A stretch of 28,045 nt of DNA from Octopus sinensis (GCF_006345805.1 NW_021827560.1:1-28045), one strand, 5' to 3'. Counted from the stretch's first letter, positions 12,115 to 23,032 are shown. The notes: generated by a model not told the origin, from the sequence alone. Program-made: numbers and translations.

Positions 12115-12936
12115 ACACAATAACATACGTTGAATTTTCCACGTTCGTTTCCCACCAATTAATGATTAAATATGTTACAAATATACTGTAAGCACACATA
12201 TGAAAATAGTTATTTATAGATATAGATATGCATACATACATACATAATATATATATATGCATGTATCCATGTATGTATGTATGTATCTATGAATATATAT
12301 GAACACACACACATACATACATATATATATATACCTTGGTAAATGTAGACACAAAGCGTTAACAATGACTTACAAAATCATTTAGGACGTTGTGAATCAT
12401 ATATATTTGTTTCGATATAGAAATATCACTTTAGGTTACACGCATATTTACAACACCCTAACACAAGAAGAATTATATATGCATGCATATGCATTCTACT
12501 ACAGACATACACTTATTCAAGCAAACATTTATATGTATAAACGCACGTGTATATATATGGCAATATACAACAGTTTTTTTCCTTCACATTTCGGTAGAAT
12601 TTATTCGACATATGTACTTGATTTTTACTACAGTGTGAGAGGTTGATTAACACCTCCAGAAGGCAATCAGCTCATACATACATACATACGTATCAACATA
12701 TATATCAACATACATGGCAACATATACACAAACAAGCATATGCGTATGTGTGTATGTGTGTGGTGTGTGTGTGTGTGCGTGTATATTTATATATATGTAT
12801 TTTCATTTATATTTTGCAATTTCTGTATGCAGTGGAAAAATAATTACATTTGCTAACAGAGACAAATGTAGAGGAATATATACATATTTGTGTGTATATA
12901 TATATATATATATATATCTGTATCTATGTATGTGTG

Positions 12937-12967
<31 letters not shown>

Positions 12968-13130
12968 GTTTATATATATACTTATATATGTATGTATGTA
13001 TATATGTGTATATATACATATACACATATATATAATTATATATGTAATTATTTATATATTTATATATACATACATACATACATATATATATATACATGCA
13101 TACATGCATACATATAACTATTAACACTCA
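11890..13130. repeat. Compound (TA)n/(GT)n/(CATA)n microsatellite field with short unique spacers
   Basis: Direct reading. Confidence 0.88.
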
Positions 13131-13409
13131 CACTGATATATAGCTATAAAATATTCATGTTTGTGTCTATATATTTTTTTCTTGTAAACATGTATTTATC
13201 CATATATCTTTTATTGTGTGCACGTGTGTGGGGTTGGGGGGTGCATTTGTTTGTGTGTGTGTGTGATGAGTGAGTCCCGCGCCCACCGTACAAGAATGTC
13301 CGCAGGACGGAAACCATAATTTTGTGTCTACTGGTTCGCTTGATTGTTGGCAGAAAAAGTTTTACAGCGTGATCAGTTAAAAAATGAAACCGCGTAGACC
13401 AAGACCAAC

Positions 13410-13685
13410 GACGATGACAGCAACAATAACAAAAACAACAACAGTATAAACAACTAATATAGCATCATGAACAACTATAGCAACAACAATAACAACATCA
13501 ATAACGGTGACGTCGACAGAAATAGCACCAACAGCAGCAACAACCAGAACAGCAATTCAATCAAGACAAAAACAGTGACATCATCATGATCATCATCATC
13601 ATCTTCATCATCATCACCAACTCCACCAACAACGACATCATACAGTCAGCAGTAGTAGCAGTGATAGCACTACCACCACCACCCT
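13410..13685. repeat. Degenerate (AAC)n/(ATC)n/(ACC)n trinucleotide field
   Basis: Direct reading. Confidence 0.85.
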
Positions 13686-13894
13686 CACTTTCCTAAAAAT
13701 TAATAAATGGTTAAGTCAGAGCACAACGTGGTTTGCTCTGTGTTGCAGAAATAGTAGCCGAAGCTCCCTACTATTTAGCGATATAGCATTTAAAATGAAT
13801 AGAATCACTGAAGAACAAATGTCGCGATGGTCAGATTCGGAGAGTCCTGGGTTATAGATTAAAACATTACCTTAAGCAAGCGTAATATAAGATA

Positions 13895-14156
13895 TCTGGA
13901 GGCGCGTGGCTTAGTGGCTAGGGTGTCAGCATCATGATCGTAAGATTGTGGTTTCGATTCCTTGACCGGGCGACGCGTTGTGCTCTTGAGCAAAACACTT
14001 CATTTCACGTTGCCCCAGTCCACTCAGCAGGCAAAAATGAGTAACGCTGCGATGGACTGGCGTCCCATCCAGTTGGGAAACACATACGCCATTGAAACGG
14101 GGAAACCGGGCCCATGGGCCTGGCTAGGCTTTAAAAGGGTGCATTTATTTTAATTT
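13895..14156 (+). mobile_element. Full-length tRNA-derived SINE (CORE-like body + tail Y) with 12-bp TSD
   Basis: ggaggcgcgtggcttagtggctagg (box A), ggtttcgattcc (box B); TSD taatataagata at 13883-13894 and 14157-14168. Confidence 0.92.
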
Positions 14157-14267
14157 TAATATAAGATACCGTGCCACTGCTTGCTTATTATGTCTAAGAA
14201 CATTAAAATTTTAGCAATTAATTCTTAATGGCTGTGTAACAAACCGGTTGTATTATTGATTACATAG

Positions 14268-14437
14268 TTTGGCACAGGGCCGGGAGTTTCGAGAAAGGAG
14301 ATAAGTCGATTGCTTATTCAATCGACCCCGAAAGGATGAAAGGCAAAGTCGAAATCGGCGGTGTTCAAATTCCGCCAAGGTCGACTTTGTCTTTCATCCT
14401 TTCGGTGTCGATTAAATAAGCACCAGTTACGCACTGG
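14268..14437. mobile_element. Back-to-back inverted fragments of the most abundant local SINE ('family M') forming a 41-bp-stem hairpin
   Basis: 14321-14361 is the reverse complement of 14372-14412 at 36/41 positions; 10-nt loop tgttcaaatt. Confidence 0.88.
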
Positions 14438-14442
14438 TAGAC

Positions 14443-14814
14443 CATGTCCCTTAGTGGCTGACGATATGTGCATCTCTGATCACAAGCAGAGGTAGTGGGG
14501 AAGCATCATAGCCGTGTGTTGAGAAGTATTCTTTGGGGTTTGAATGATTCACCTTTGGAAACATGGGTGTTTCATTCAACATCCTCAAACAATCCTTATT
14601 CAAGGGCCTTTTCAGCGGGATGGCCTATTCGACCAGAAGAAAATTCTAATTGGGCTCCACCTGCAAGGTCATGTGCTGTTTATCTTGATATGAGATCACC
14701 ATGTCGCGTATATATGGTTGTGGTGCATGTGCCTGGTGTACCCTTATCAGACGGGTAGTCATGATGGGTATACTGGGCTTCGTATATTTTACCTCAGTGC
14801 AATTTATCTCACTC
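14443..14814 (+). mobile_element. (AAT)n-tailed non-coding interspersed element, copy 1 (left-truncated)
   Basis: Roughly 90-93% identical by eye to 14996-15376; followed by (AAT)n at 14815-14925. Strand is inferred from truncation polarity. Confidence 0.8.
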
Positions 14815-14849
14815 AATAATATAATAATAATATAATAATAATAATAATG

Positions 14850-14909
<60 letters not shown>

Positions 14910-14925
14910 TAATAATAATAATAAT
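14815..14925. repeat. (AAT)n microsatellite
   Basis: Direct reading. Confidence 0.97.
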
Positions 14926-15376
14926 AGGGCTACAGCAAATATTCTGCTCAATACCACAGATTTGCTTGTCAGTTGTTTGACCTTAACCAGTTGAGCATGT
15001 CCCTTAGTGGCTGACGATATGTGCATCTCTGATCACGAGCAGAAGTAGTGGGGGAGCATCATAGCCATGTGTTGAGAAGGATTCTTTGGGGTTTGAATAA
15101 TTCACCTCTGGGTGTTTCGTTCAACATCCTTAAACAAGCCTTATTCAGGGACCTTTTGAGCGGGATGGGTTACTCGATCTGAAGAAAATTCTAACTGGGC
15201 TCCACCTGCAAGGTCATGTGCTGTTTATCTTGATATGAGATCACCATGTCGCGCACATATGGTTGTGATGCATGTGCCTAGTGTACCCTTATCAGACGGG
15301 TAGTCATGATGGGTATACTGGGCTTCGTATATTTTACCCCAGTGTCATTTTGATGGCATGAACTGCTCTCTCACTC
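14926..15376 (+). mobile_element. (AAT)n-flanked non-coding interspersed element, copy 2 (451 bp)
   Basis: Flanked on both sides by (AAT)n (14815-14925, 15377-15445); no credible ORF. Confidence 0.8.
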
Positions 15377-15445
<69 letters not shown>

Positions 15446-15450
15446 TCTTT

Positions 15451-15645
15451 CACAAGGACTAAAATTTAGGAATGGATAGTGGACTTGTCAATTACATTGA
15501 CCTCAGTGTTTCACTGCTACCTTCTTTTATCAACTCCGGAAAGATGAAAGACAAAGTCGCTTTCGGCAAAAATTGATCATAAGATAGACGAAATGTCGCT
15601 AAGCGTTTTGCCTGGCTTGTTAATGATTCCGCCAGTTCGCCGCCT
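15451..15645 (-). mobile_element. Degenerate family-M SINE
   Basis: Reverse strand begins aggcggcgaactggcggaatcattaac; core gaaagatgaaagacaaagtcg visible on +. Confidence 0.8.
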
Positions 15646-15957
15646 GAAACCATTTGTATACTTACAAATCGGATATCACACTGAATTGCAACGTAATACA
15701 AGCCGATAATTGTTGGTTTGTTGGTTAATTTTCTGTCACGCTTTAGCACCGTATACAGATGGGTAACGGGAACAAGAGTGAGATACAGTGAGTGTTAATA
15801 CAAGAGGGGAAATGATGAGTACACATACTAGAGTTGGTGGTCTAGAGTTGGAGGAAGAGTAGCGGAGCTAAACGACAAAGTAGTTATGGAAGGAAAATTA
15901 CAAATGAGAAAAATGACTAAATTTGATTTTTTAAATTATTTCATGCATCTATATTCA

Positions 15958-16110
15958 GCAGCACTGCTCTGGAGAATTTTAAGCTGAATGAATCGCACTC
16001 AGGACTTATTTTATTAAAGCATAGTACTTATCCCATCGGACTCTTTGACCGAGCTGATAATTACAGGGATATAAACACTCTAACACCGGTTGTCAAGGAA
16101 CGGAGAGACG
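15958..16110 (-). mobile_element. Degenerate SINE 3' fragment
   Basis: gaatgaatcgcactcaggacttatt..tacttatcccatcggactctttgaccgagctgataattacagggatataaacactctaacaccggttgtcaag resembles a cephalopod SINE segment (from memory). Confidence 0.5.
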
Positions 16111-16269
16111 GGGAGTGGGGAAGACACCATCACTTCCACACTATAACCAGTTTCTTGCACATAAATTTTAACAACAGAATCTTATATGGACCCCACAAGG
16201 GTCTTATGAATACCTGTTGAGAACCACTGGATTATCAATGTAAGAGAAAACATTATTGTAATCCAGAGT

Positions 16270-16625
16270 GTCGGATTATGCGATCTGTTGCAGCATTGCT
16301 CAAAATACTTTGCTGTATTTACATATGGCTCCTTATCTACTGAGTTCAATTCCAGTTAAAATCAACTTTACTTTTAATGATTACAATTGAGAACTAGATC
16401 GATATAATCGATCAACACCTCTGTTCCCCAAAATACAAAAGCTTTCTAGTTGGCTACGCGACACAAGTGTTCTGTATCCTTAAGTTTTCAAACAGGCGAG
16501 ATAAGCACTTGTGGTCGATAAAATAAGTACCAGTTGAGCACTGGGGTCGGTATAATCGACTTACTGACCGACCAACCCCGCCAGAATTACTGGCCTTGTG
16601 CAAAAATTTGAAACGCGTTATTAGT
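16270..16625 (+). mobile_element. Two degenerate family-M SINE remnants
   Basis: ctgagttcaattcc (box B) near 16342; ggtcgataaaataagtaccagttgagcactggggtcggtataatcgactta at about 16513-16563 followed by the ggccttgtgc tail. Confidence 0.75.
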
Positions 16626-16799
16626 AAGGATATTGCCTTCAATGTTATTGATAGCATGTCTCTCATTATGAAGGCCTGTATAAACTCAAACGTCACAACT
16701 ACCTGCATGATATAGAAATATTAGAGACGTAGATAATTAGTACAGCACTGTACTAGTACATCATTACCACTAGCAGTACGAGAGCTAACCACATGTACC

Positions 16800-17860
16800 A
16801 ACAACATAACCACTACTACTACTACTAACTACTACTACTACTACTAGCATCTTCTGAACTTCAGCAGTTACAATTAAAATCACTTCAGACAACTATCGCA
16901 CGCGATTAATACAGTCAAATAGCTACAACTAATACGACCCTCAACACTACTACCGCTACTAACACTACAACCGTTACCATTACCGCCACTAACACTACGA
17001 CTACTACAGCAGCAACAACAACTGCTACTACTACTACCATTGCTACTACTGCTGCTGCTGTTGCTACTACTACTACTCCTCCACTTACTACTGCCACCGT
17101 TACCACCACCACTACCACCACCAGTACTACCTCCAACACTCTCATCGCTACTACGTTTTCACCACCACCACCAATACTACTACTACTACTACTACTACTA
17201 CGACTACTACTACTACTGCTGCTGCTTCTGCTGCTGCTGCTACTACTACTACTACTACTACTACGACTACTACTACTGCTGCTGCTGCTACTACTACTAC
17301 TACCGCCGCCACCTCAGGCTATGTTATACTGCAGCAACTACATGGTGGTATTCCTCCGAAATTTTCATGATTTCCCTCACGAAAATAAACCTTGTGTGGC
17401 TCCGCGTATTTGATCCTCGCCTGAAGCGTTGTCAACGTAATTGACCAAGGTTCAACACTAGAAATGGGTAACAGCGATGGTGGTGGTGGTGGTGGTCGAG
17501 ATGTTAGTGGTAGCGTTAGGGTGGTTGTCATGGTGGTGGTGGTAGTTGTGGTGGTGGTGATGGTCGTCGTCGTCGTCGTTGTGCTGGTGATGTTGTAGTG
17601 GTGATAGTGGTGATAAGGTAGCAGTGTTAATAATGGTGGTGGTGCTGGTGGCGCTGGTGGTAGTCGTCGTCGTCGTGCGGGATTTGGTAGTTGTAAGCAG
17701 TGGTTGTGGTGTTGGAGATGTAGGAGGTAGTGTGGTGATGGCAGAGATCGTACTAATAGTGGTGATTGACTGTGGTTATGGCGGTGACGTGACATGGATG
17801 GCTGTGATAGTGGAGGCTGCAGTAGTTATCATCGAGGCGGCAATTATGGTGATGATGGGC

Positions 17861-17899
<39 letters not shown>

Positions 17900-17912
17900 A
17901 AGCAGCAGTAGC

Positions 17913-17949
<37 letters not shown>

Positions 17950-18240
17950 AGTAGTAGTAGTAGTTGTAGCGGCAGTAGTATTAGTAGTAGTTGATATGGA
18001 GTGTAGTAGTTGATATGATAGTGGTGGTGCTGGTGCTGGTGGTTCTTTGTGTTGTTGGTGTTTGTGGCTCTGATGATGGTATGGATCGAGTCGACGCCGA
18101 CGACGGTAGTGACGTTAGTGGTTGCAACGGTAGTGGTAGATGTGGTGGTAACATTTTTGTGATGAGACTTGGGATGATACTGGTGACAGCGGTGACAGTC
18201 TGGGTAGTAGTGTTTGGTGATGGAGCTATACAGCTGTAGT
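16800..18240. repeat. Trinucleotide low-complexity field: (CTA/CCA/GCT)n, a short unique core, then (GGT/GTA)n
   Basis: Direct reading; source of the poly-V/T/Y/L ORFs. Confidence 0.9.
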
Positions 18241-18243
18241 CAT

Positions 18244-18456
18244 AATGATCCTTTCTACTCTAAAATATTTTGGTGGTTGGAGGGGGTTAGTCGATTACAA
18301 TGACCCCTGTACTTCACTGGTAATTACCTCATCGATCTCGACCGGATGAAAGGTAACGTTGACATCGGTGGAATTTGAACTCACGACTTAAAGACAGACG
18401 AAGTGCTGATGAGCATTTTGTCCGCAGCGATAACGACTGTGTCAGCTTGCTGCCTT
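18244..18456 (-). mobile_element. Degenerate full-length family-M SINE
   Basis: ggaatttgaactc (box B, reversed), core, and head ending gcttgctgcctt. Confidence 0.8.
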
Positions 18457-18484
18457 CCAGGTGGTTTCGGGGAAGCGGGTAAAT

Positions 18485-18592
18485 TAATTGCATCGACCCT
18501 CAACTGGTACTTAATATATCGACTTCGAAAGGATGAAAGTCAAAGTCGACTTCGGCAGAATCTGAATTCAGAATATAAAGACGGAGGAAATC
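18485..18592 (-). mobile_element. Partial family-M SINE
   Basis: actggtacttaatatatcgacttcgaaaggatgaaagtcaaagtcgacttcggcagaatctgaattcagaa. Confidence 0.8.
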
Positions 18593-18600
18593 TGTTCTTA

Positions 18601-20090
18601 TTATAAGCACAAGGCCTGAAATTTTGGGGGAAGGAGCAAGTCGATTATATCGACCCCAGTGCGTAACTGGTACTTAATTTATCGACCCCGAAAGAATTAA
18701 AGGCAAAGTCGATCACGGCAGATTTTTTAACTCAGAACGTAAAGACGGACGAAATACCTATTTCTTTACTACCCACAAGGGGCTAAACACAGAGCGGACA
18801 AACTAGGACAGACAAACGGATTAAGTCGATTATATCGACCCCAGTGCGTAACTGGTACTTAATTTATCGACCCCGAAAGAATTAAAGGCAAAGTCGATCA
18901 CGGCAGATTTTTTAACTCAGAACGTAAAGACGGACGAAATACCTATTTCTTTACTACCCACAAGGGGCTAAACACAGAGCGGACAAACTAGGACAGACAA
19001 ACGGATTAAGTCGATTATATCGACCCCAGTGCGTAACTGGTACTTAATTTATCGACCCCGAAAGAATTAAAGGCAAAGTCGATCACGGCAGATTTTTTAA
19101 CTCAGAACGTAAAGACGGACGAAATACCTATCTTTACTACCCACAAGGGGCTAAACACAGAGCGGACAAACTAGGACAGACAAACGGATTAAGTCGATTA
19201 TATCGACCCCAGTGCGTAACTGGTACTTAATTTATCGACCCCGAAAGAATTAAAGGCAAAGTCGATCACGGCAGATTTTTTAACTCAGAACGTAAAGACG
19301 GACGAAATACCTATTTCTTTACTACCCACAAGGGGCTAAACACAGAGCGGACAAACTAGGACAGACAAACGGATTAAGTCGATTATATCGACCCCAGTGC
19401 GTAACTGGTACTTAATTATCGACCCCGAAAGAATTAAGGCAAAGTCGATCACGGCAGATTTTTTAACTCAGAACGTAAAGACGGACGAAATACCTATTTC
19501 TTTACTACCCACAAGGGGCTAAACACAGAGCGGACAAACTAGGACAGACAAACGGATTAAGTCGATTATATCGACCCCAGTGCGTAACTGGTACTTAATT
19601 TATCGACCCCGAAAGAATTAAAGGCAAAGTCGATCACGGCAGATTTTTTAACTCAGAACGTAAAGACGGACGAAATACCTATTTCTTTACTACCCACAAG
19701 GGGCTAAACACAGAGCGACAAACTAGGACAGACAAACGGATTAAGTCGATTATATCGACCCCAGTGCGTAACTGGTACTTAATTTATCGACCCCGAAAGA
19801 ATTAAAGGCAAAGTCGATCACGGCAGATTTTTTAACTCAGAACGTAAAGACGGACGAAATACCTATTTCTTTACTACCCACAAGGGGCTAAACACAGAGC
19901 GGACAAACTAGGACAGACAAACGGATTAAGTCAATTATATCGACCCCAATGCGTAACTGGTACTTAATTTATCGACCCCGAAAAGATGAAAAGCAAAGTC
20001 GACCACAGCAGATTTTTAAACTTAGAACGTAAAGACGGACGAAATACCGCTTAGCGTTTTATCCGGCGTGCTAACGATTCTTCCAGTTCG
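18601..20090 (-). repeat. Tandem array of a ~185-bp SINE-derived monomer: 7 near-identical units plus a divergent head-bearing unit
   Basis: Unit starts (aagtcgattatatcgacc) at 18638, 18823, 19008, 19191, 19376, 19559, 19743, 19928; SINE head at about 20048-20090; ordinary SINE tail at 18601-18637. Confidence 0.97.
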
Positions 20091-20119
20091 ATGTTTTTGT
20101 TTCTTTATAAGATTGGTTT

Positions 20120-20251
20120 CAAATTTTTGCACCCCAGTAATCAATTGGAACTTATTTTTTCGATCCCGAAAGGACAAAAAGAGAAGTCGACTTCAGCAGA
20201 ATTTGAACTCAGACCATAAGATGGACGAAATGCGTGCTAGCAATTCTGCCA
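20120..20251 (-). mobile_element. Partial degenerate family-M SINE
   Basis: cgatcccgaaaggacaaaaagagaagtcgacttcagcagaatttgaactcaga. Confidence 0.75.
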
Positions 20252-20433
20252 ATTGGATATCTCTGTTTCTTTACAACATTACCATGTTATTACAAAAGCA
20301 GTGGTGTCATCAGTTGTAGTACAAAGAAAAATATAAACTTAACTAATTTGTATTGAGTAATTTGCATGAACAAACACAAATGCAAATGCCCATAGCAGTT
20401 TCACGCAACCTCCGCCGTTAAGCTTCCTGCAAG

Positions 20434-20447
20434 AGAGAGAGAGAGAA

Positions 20448-20492
<45 letters not shown>

Positions 20493-20538
20493 AAGAGAGA
20501 AAGAGAGAGAGAGAAAGAGAGAAAGAGAGAGAGAGAGA
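20434..20538. repeat. (GA)n/(GAAA) microsatellite
   Basis: Direct reading. Confidence 0.95.
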
Positions 20539-21868
20539 ACACAAAGGAAAAAATGAAACAACTGCTAACTGAGACGCGAAACGAATAGGTGCGACGTGTG
20601 TGGATGTGGTCAGTACGAGACAAGCAATTAGCTTAATGGATTCAGGCCTATGATATAACTGCGGTCATTTACCAGTGGACGGCTTTCAATTGAATGGACA
20701 TAATTAAAAACAACAACAAAAAGAGAAAAAAAAGCAAAAAGAAGCAACAACAAAAGTATTCAAAATACTTGCTAAAAACGTAAATTTTCCACTAACAACA
20801 GCAACAACAATAATAATAATGATAATGATAATAGTAGAAGCAACAACAACAGCAACAACAACGAAAAGCTAAGCAAATGTTTGTTTCCCCGTAAATGCTC
20901 CTTAATCTATTGTTGTTGTCCAGCGATCATTAGGGTATCATTCATTATCTGACCAACACACTTAAGTACTTCACATTGACCGTTTGCAACGGGCTTCAAC
21001 CCTTGCCTCTTGTTTCGGAACCTTCGCTCGGCTCGTGTCGGCCATGTTTTTGTTTTGACTGTTTCTTTTTCTTTGATTTTTATTTATATTAATATTTATG
21101 TTTGTTAAGTTTTTGGTAGGAAAGGTCAAAGGTTTCGAGAATATGTAAAAGACGAAAGGGGGGAAAGGTCAGCAAGCGCTGCATTTTATCATCCGTATAT
21201 CTTAACGTCGATAAAGATGAAGTGGAGTGGTCATCAGGTTTTCATTCCTAATAGACTACTTTGGTGGTTGGTGAGTGTGATGCCGGCGCTAGTGGTAACA
21301 TCGGTTGTGCGAGTGACGTTTGTCCTGGTGATGGTGGCTGTGGTCTATGTGGTGGTCGATGTAGTAGTGGTAATTATGTTAGCGGACAATCGTGAGTGAT
21401 GTAGAATTGCAGTTAGGTAAAAATAATGTCAGTAGGTAAATGGGTAGGTTGATGAAAGACTTGGGTTCGTCTAAGCAAAAGCCCGCAATGGGTGACAGTG
21501 GCACTCAGAGGGGTGATATATTGAACTATGCAGTGTGTGGATTTTGAGCTATAGGATGTTCAACGTGACCTGTGCGCCGTGAGGATGGAACAAAAGAGAA
21601 TGGGTTCTGAGGGTTGATTGGTTTGCGTCAGTTTTTATCACGTTGGTTTTCCTTAAGTGGTTAAAGGCAGCCTCATGTCAAATGGTCGAAAAAAAAAAAA
21701 AACTACGACCATAACAATAACAACTACATCAACCACTAAAAGGGGAACATCGACAATGACAGCGAGAAATCTACAAACGACAACAAAAAGAAGAAAGCAA
21801 AAACAACTGCAACATCACTAGAGAAAAGGTAAAGAGCAGTTACGATAACAGCAACATTAGTAGTAGTG

Positions 21869-21925
<57 letters not shown>

Positions 21926-22039
21926 ACCATAAAATACGTCAGCTGACCTGACTTAGTGCTGTGTCAAGATGTACTATAAGGTGAAATAGGATGAAGTATC
22001 GCGAACTCATGTTAATTTGAAGGCAGGTGTTTGTATGTG

Positions 22040-22041
22040 CG

Positions 22042-22114
<73 letters not shown>

Positions 22115-22222
22115 ATATATGTATGTGTGTATGTATATATATATATATAATATACATATACATATATTGAGAGAGAGAAAGAGAGAGAGAGACACACAGA
22201 CAGACAGACATACAGACAGATG

Positions 22223-22268
<46 letters not shown>

Positions 22269-22330
22269 GAGAGAGATAGATAGATAGATAGAGATAGATA
22301 GGGTGAGGGAGAGAGAGAGTGAAAGAGAGA
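22040..22330. repeat. (TA)n, (GA)n, (GATA)n compound microsatellite
   Basis: Direct reading. Confidence 0.93.
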
Positions 22331-22502
22331 GAGGGGGGTGACGGAGAGTTAGATGCTGAAAGCTGGAATGAATGATCTCCACTGACTTCCGTTGTCATTA
22401 ATCATAGTTTCGCGCATGTCAGAACGCGAAATTTAGTTTACTCTTCTAGACGGTAACTTTAACAGGAAGATGGAATGCTATCGAATAGCCGAGAGAAACA
22501 CT

Positions 22503-22793
22503 TACTATTACTACTACTACTACTACTACCACCACCACCACCATCACCACCACCACCACGACTACTACTACTACTACTACCACCACCACCACCACCACCA
22601 CCACCACCACCACCACCACCACCACCACGACTACTACTACAACTACTACCACCACCACCACCATCACCACCACCACCACGACTACTACTACTACTACTAC
22701 CACCACCACCACCACCACCACCACCACCACCACCACGACTACTACTACAACTACTACCACACCACCACCACCACACCACCACCACCAACCACG

Positions 22794-22825
<32 letters not shown>

Positions 22826-22926
22826 CACCACCACCACCACCACCACCACCACCACCACGACTACTACTACAACTACTACCACCACCACCACCATCACCAC
22901 TACCACCACGACTACTACTACTGCTG

Positions 22927-22973
<47 letters not shown>

Positions 22974-22975
22974 CT
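22503..22975. repeat. Higher-order repeat (~111-120 bp, about 4 units) built from alternating (CTA)n and (CCA)n blocks
   Basis: Diagnostic variant ccatca recurs at 22541, 22661, (degenerate about 22771) and 22891; ctacaacta and ccacga recur in register. Confidence 0.88.
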
Positions 22976-23032
22976 TCTCATTATTATTATTATTATTATT
23001 ATTTATTATTATTATTATTGTTGTTATTACTA

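Noticed and set aside
18638-20047. CRISPR array or retrozyme (hammerhead-containing tandem repeat) interpretation of the 185-bp array
   Set aside because: There are no unique spacers or cas genes, and the context is eukaryotic. No CUGANGA core occurs on either strand; the ctcagaa..cgaaa lookalike is the reversed tRNA-like T-arm region.
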